Below are positions 59,425-64,000 of a stretch of 64,000 bases of DNA, piece after piece. The stretch is from Eledone cirrhosa (lineage: Eukaryota), in contig OZ024745.1 in assembly GCA_964016885.1 (NCBI GenBank), forward strand, positions 50,468,001 to 50,532,000, given 5' to 3'. How positions within the stretch are numbered: the first letter of the stretch is position 1; each line of letters starts with the position of its first letter. The notes below the pieces were generated by a model. It saw only the letters and a program-made list of their open reading frames with translations, had not been told where the DNA came from and made no database searches. Position numbers and translations under genes: made by a program.

Positions 59425-62400
59425 GTGAAGTTATTGAATGGTCTAAGGATATTAAAGAGAACAAAAATAAAAAATTTATTCAGTTTGATATCAATTCATA
59501 CTACACCTCTATTTCCCCTATCCTATTAAATAAGGCACTAATTATGGCCATGAACAATAGTGACCTGACTATCCCAGATTGATGTCATACTTGAGGCCCG
59601 TAAAACCATAATTGCATTTGAGGATTAGTTATGGACCCGCAAGGATACGCGTAGCAACTTTGACATAACTATGGGATCTAGTGACTCGGCGCAGGTCACT
59701 GATTTTGTGGGCCTATACCTACTAAATGAAATCCATAAGGACCTACCATACCTCAACGGTGGTTTATACCGCGATGATGCACTACTCCTCATAGACTATA
59801 AAAAATATAATATTTAAAGAACTAGGAAACTATTACATAAAACTTTCAAAAACTATAACCTAAGTATCACCATGGACAAAAACACTAAAAACGTTAACTT
59901 CCTTGATGCTACCCTTTACTTAGACTCTAAAATATATACACCATTTCATAAACCTAACGAAAAACTAATTTATGTAGATACCAAGTCTAACCACCCTAGA
60001 TCAATATTAAACTCTATCACTAAAGGAATATCCAATAGAATCTCTAATCTATCTTATAACGAAACCATATTCAGCAATAATTCACAATACTATAATCAGG
60101 CATTAGCTAAATCAGGCCATAATAATGAGATTAAGTTCCTACCTATAACAACACATAGCTACAAATTTATTTCTCACAATATGACCATGAGGAAAAATAG
60201 TAATATGGATAATAACCACACTCACACTAATACGAAGGGTAGCATCAAACGTAACTCGGACCAGAGAAGACACCAAAATACTATAAACGGAAACACCTCA
60301 ATAGATATAAAAAAACAAAAATAGAAGAAGAACTAATACATTTTTCAACCCCCTTTTCAATCTAAACGTCTCTACCAACCTACCTAAGGCTTTCTTTTCA
60401 ATCCTGGATAAAAACTTCCCATCTGGCCACAAGTACCATAGTCTTATAAATAAAAACACCATTAAAATCTCCTACTCTACGACACCTAACATAGCATACC
60501 ACATAGCTAGTAGCAATAAAAGAAAGATTAATACTTACTTTCAACAAACTAAAACACAGCAAGGGTAAACTTTCAAAACAATATAATAACTACAAACCCT
60601 GATATCAATAGTAATAATAGTAATAACACTAATGAAATCAATAGCATTAGGAACGACAACCTTCATAGCCCTAATACAATACCTTGCAACCAGACTTATA
60701 CACAACATAATAACCGACAGGATAACATCCAAAATAAATGTAACTGTAGATCTAATAGAACCTGCCCTTTAGGTAAAAACTGCTTAATCAAGGACACCAT
60801 TTACTCATGCACGGTCATAACTAGCAACTCTTCCGAAACATATATAGGCTCTACTTCGAACTGCTTCAAAACGAGATACAACTCACATCTCCATTCTTTC
60901 AAAAAACACAATCTAGCCAACTCCACTTCACTATCTAGCTACATACACTATCTGAAAACTAAGAATAGATCATATACACTTCAATGGAAAGTAGTATGTA
61001 GGGCTGCATCGTATAAACCACCTAATAAATTCTGTAACCTATGTCCACTAGAGACCCATACTATAATCTTTTCGAATCTTAACCTCCTTAATAAAAAGTA
61101 GGAAGTATTTGCGTCATGCCAACATCGCTTCAGACACTCTTTCCAAAACTTTAAACCTAGTATATAACAATGTCAGATTTGAACTCACCACCACTTTTAA
61201 CACTGCACATGAATTTGTTTACTCAAGGGATGTATCTAATTTTATCATGCAAACAACCGTATGCTGTACCATAGCTTACTTAAGGTTATGTAGAAGAAAA
61301 TCTAAGTGGACCTTTAATATGTTATGAGACCAGACTGTATTTAAAGTGAATTTGATATATAGATATAGCAATTTGGGTGGGAAATTCAATTATAGCACTA
61401 TATAATAAAGAGTAAACAACTTCCTATAGATACCTTTAATACATTATGAAAGAGTAGACTGTATTTGAAATTAAATATAAATATATAACCCTTTATATAA
61501 TGGACTCAATTGAGGTAACATATAATGTATGTTGGAACAATGAATTTAGTTATGAGAATCAGCTACTTACCTCCCCTTACTAGCTCCCCTTAATTACATA
61601 CCTACTTCCGGATATTAAACCGCTGTAAATTCTCGCATATAAATATGGATTATATATCACTGAGCTTCAATACGTTACAATCCTTTACTACAACAAACAT
61701 TCAATACGATACATCGTAACATATGTGATGAATGTGAAAACTATAACTTCCTCTTTCTGGATGTGAAAACTATAACTTTCTTTTTCTGCACACATACTAA
61801 TTTGATCTGTACACCCCCCCCCCCCACTGCAACCACCATAATACTCTTGCTTACCCGCTTAAAGTGCTTGTATTACATGTAATACCTTGCCACACTCTTA
61901 TATAAATGATACACATTTGCATGCCCCATGTATGACTAACGCATACACTATCTACTAGATCTGATTATTGAACTATTCTCCTGCATTATCTGTTATCTGT
62001 CGCATGTATTTTAATTTTGATTTTAATTTGAATTACTATACAAATATAGTATAGTATAATGTATGCTGCTCCACACTGTACATCAATATATATATATATG
62101 TATCTGTATGTCTCTTGCGTCGACTGGGAAGTCAATTATATGTACAAGCATTAAAAATTGCTCCGAAGATTCCAAAATTAGGTTTGGAAGAAACAATTGT
62201 AAGTGAATATTTATTCACTTACAATTGTTTGTTTCTTCCAAACCTAGTCTTGGAATCTTCGGAGCAATTTTTAATGCTTTTGAACATAGCTTTGATTCTT
62301 GTGAATTCTATATAACTGCTCTGTAGAACAACTGATGTTCTTACATTGAGCTATTTATCTTACTGGTAATAAGGTAGTAATAAATTACTGACCTTCCCTA

Positions 62401-62443
62401 TTTATGGTTTAAAATATACATAACTATAAATAGTATCCTTAAC

Positions 62444-62445
<2 letters not shown>
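59421..62445 (+). mobile_element. 5'-truncated Penelope-like element (RT plus C-terminal GIY-YIG; Hydra-clade-like)
   Basis: FIQFDINSYYTSI, FDITMGSSDSAQVTDFVGLYLL, GLYRDD, VNFLDATL, SNHPRSI, FNPPF, CNCR...CPL...CL, TIY...YIG, CNLC, LLNK; ORF ends at 61167; 3' inverted repeat at 62146-62279; flanked by (TA)n. Confidence 0.88.
62157..62206 (+). ncRNA. Minimal hammerhead-like motif (U4C variant) at the PLE 3' end
   Basis: AUUGCU-CCGAAGA-UUCCAAA...UUUGGAA-GAAA-CAAUUG(palindrome)-UA-AGUGA. Confidence 0.55.
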
Positions 62446-62515
<70 letters not shown>

Positions 62516-62545
62516 TATATATATATACTATATATATATATATAA

Positions 62546-62720
62546 CGAAGGAAGTGTGGTAAGGAACCAGATGGACCATAACGCACCAGAGTACTCAATA
62601 TTTAGGGTAGTAGAGTGGGTAATAGGAAAATGTTCAAGACCCCAACGGCAGAGCTCAAGCTCTGTCCAGAAATACCCGTCGAAATGGCTTGAGCTCTACC
62701 GTCGGGGTCTTGAACATTTT

Positions 62721-62724
<4 letters not shown>
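62546..62724. mobile_element. Fold-back PLE end, same family as 50227-50335
   Basis: Arms ataggaaaatgttcaagacccc...gagctcaagc / gcttgagctc...ggggtcttgaacattttcctat; a related scrap lies at 15741-15800. Confidence 0.65.
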
Positions 62725-62761
<37 letters not shown>

Positions 62762-62879
62762 ACATATATGTAATTATATTTAGGTATAATAAGTAAGTAA
62801 TAATATTTTTTTGTATTATGATTGCTTATGTGTATATATGTATTACATTACATTTCTTAATAATATATATATATATTCT

Positions 62880-64000
62880 TTTAATAAGGTGCCAACCACC
62901 TCGTTTTCCGAGGTCTTCCACACCATCAAGGTGATGTTCTCCGCATATGCTGACAGCCATTTCAGGTCCTGGTTCGAGCGGGCTGCCCAACAACAGCTCC
63001 AGCTTCCACAGTAAAGTCTTGAGAGCCAATACGTGCAGAAAGGACAAAGGAGGACACCCTTGACAGACCGATCGTGTGATCTGAAACAGTTCCGAAAAAT
63101 GGCCATTTACTTTGACCACCAAACAGATGCCCCTGCGCATTGCAGCCATCCAGCCTCTGAAGTCGGGACCGAAGCCAGCTGCCTTGAAGACAGCCTCCAG
63201 ATATTGATGGTCGACCCTATCGAAAGTTTTCGATTGATCTAAATTGATCATAGCCCCACCGGAACCTTGTTTACACCCTACCCTTTCTATGATGTATCAC
63301 ATGAGGTGGAGATTGTCATATATGGACTGTGGTTAGAAAAAGCTACTTCACTTACCGCTTATTGCTGGCACCGCTAATCCAATGGCTGGTTTCTCCTCTC
63401 CCACGTGCGTACAATCCAACTCGTTATTCGGGAGCTCCAAGACTGACGTCCTCCACCTTCGCTGACCACCCTAAGAGAGGCAGACCTGCTGGCCCTTCCG
63501 GTCGAGCACCCTTCCAGTCAAGCACCCTTCCGGTCAAGCACTCTTCCGGTCGAGCACTCCCCCCAGCCTCCGGCTACCGCACACCACACCATACCCACAT
63601 GGACCTGGTCGGGATTGCGCAAATTTGCACTTCCCCTACCAAACTCTCGACCATAAGCACCAACCTTATCGCTAATACCTTGGCCAAAATCTTCAAATCT
63701 GTGTTTAGCAGAGTTGTGGACCTAAAATTGTCTAAAGTATCCATCTCGTTCTCACCTTCCTCAGCGTTACTAAATCCTGGCTCACATAACTGGGAATACT
63801 CCCGTTCTGCTGCCAGTTGCAGTAGACCGCTTCGAGGAGATCGGAGAACAAGTCTGGCATATCTACGTAAAACTCGTAGGGCGGACCAGCAAAACCGAGT
63901 GACTTGTGCTTCGTGCAACCGACCAGTGCATTCCGAATTTCGACTGATGTTATCGACTTTTCGCAGCACTCAGCATTGACTGGGAAGAGTCACGGGAGAC
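62880..64000 (-). mobile_element. Tx1/L1-clade LINE RT fragment interrupted by a solo LTR
   Basis: NFRSTTLLNTDLKILAKVLA...AIPTRS|IYDNLHL...INLDQSKTFDRVDH...RSVCQGCP. Confidence 0.85.
63328..63599 (-). mobile_element. Solo LTR related to the 45911-50063 element
   Basis: Same termini (TGTGGGTATGGTGTGG...CTTTTTCTAACCACA on -); 5-bp TSD TGGAC on both sides. Confidence 0.93.

Overview
AT-rich, intron- and microsatellite-rich animal genomic DNA. The repeat content (CORE- and Meta-type tRNA SINEs, RTE LINEs with (GAT)n tails, long (TA)n tracts) suggests a cephalopod such as octopus (inference). Two host genes converge tail-to-tail. The last two coding exons of TMEM242 lie on + (755-892, 2637-2816). 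A complete 20-exon RPGR orthologue lies on - (ATG at 43725, stop at 5565; 2625 nt CDS, 874 aa as reconstructed by hand), with RCC1 repeats, a Glu/Lys-rich tail and a C-terminal CaaX box (SKACVIL*). The rest is transposon-derived. It includes a near-full-length CR1 LINE in RPGR intron 4 and a compact 4.15-kb LTR retrotransposon with a 5-bp TSD, a -1 frameshift signal and DIRS-like RT/RNase H motifs next to a DDE integrase, plus a related solo LTR. There is also a CRE-clade RLE non-LTR element, a Hydra-clade-like Penelope-like element (PLE), Helitrons, RTE and Tx1 fragments, SINEs, MITEs and satellites. The most notable non-genic signal is a set of fold-back PLE ends in (TA)n tracts that carry hammerhead ribozyme motifs and share a small covarying 3' hairpin. 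All calls were made by eye; no searches were run.
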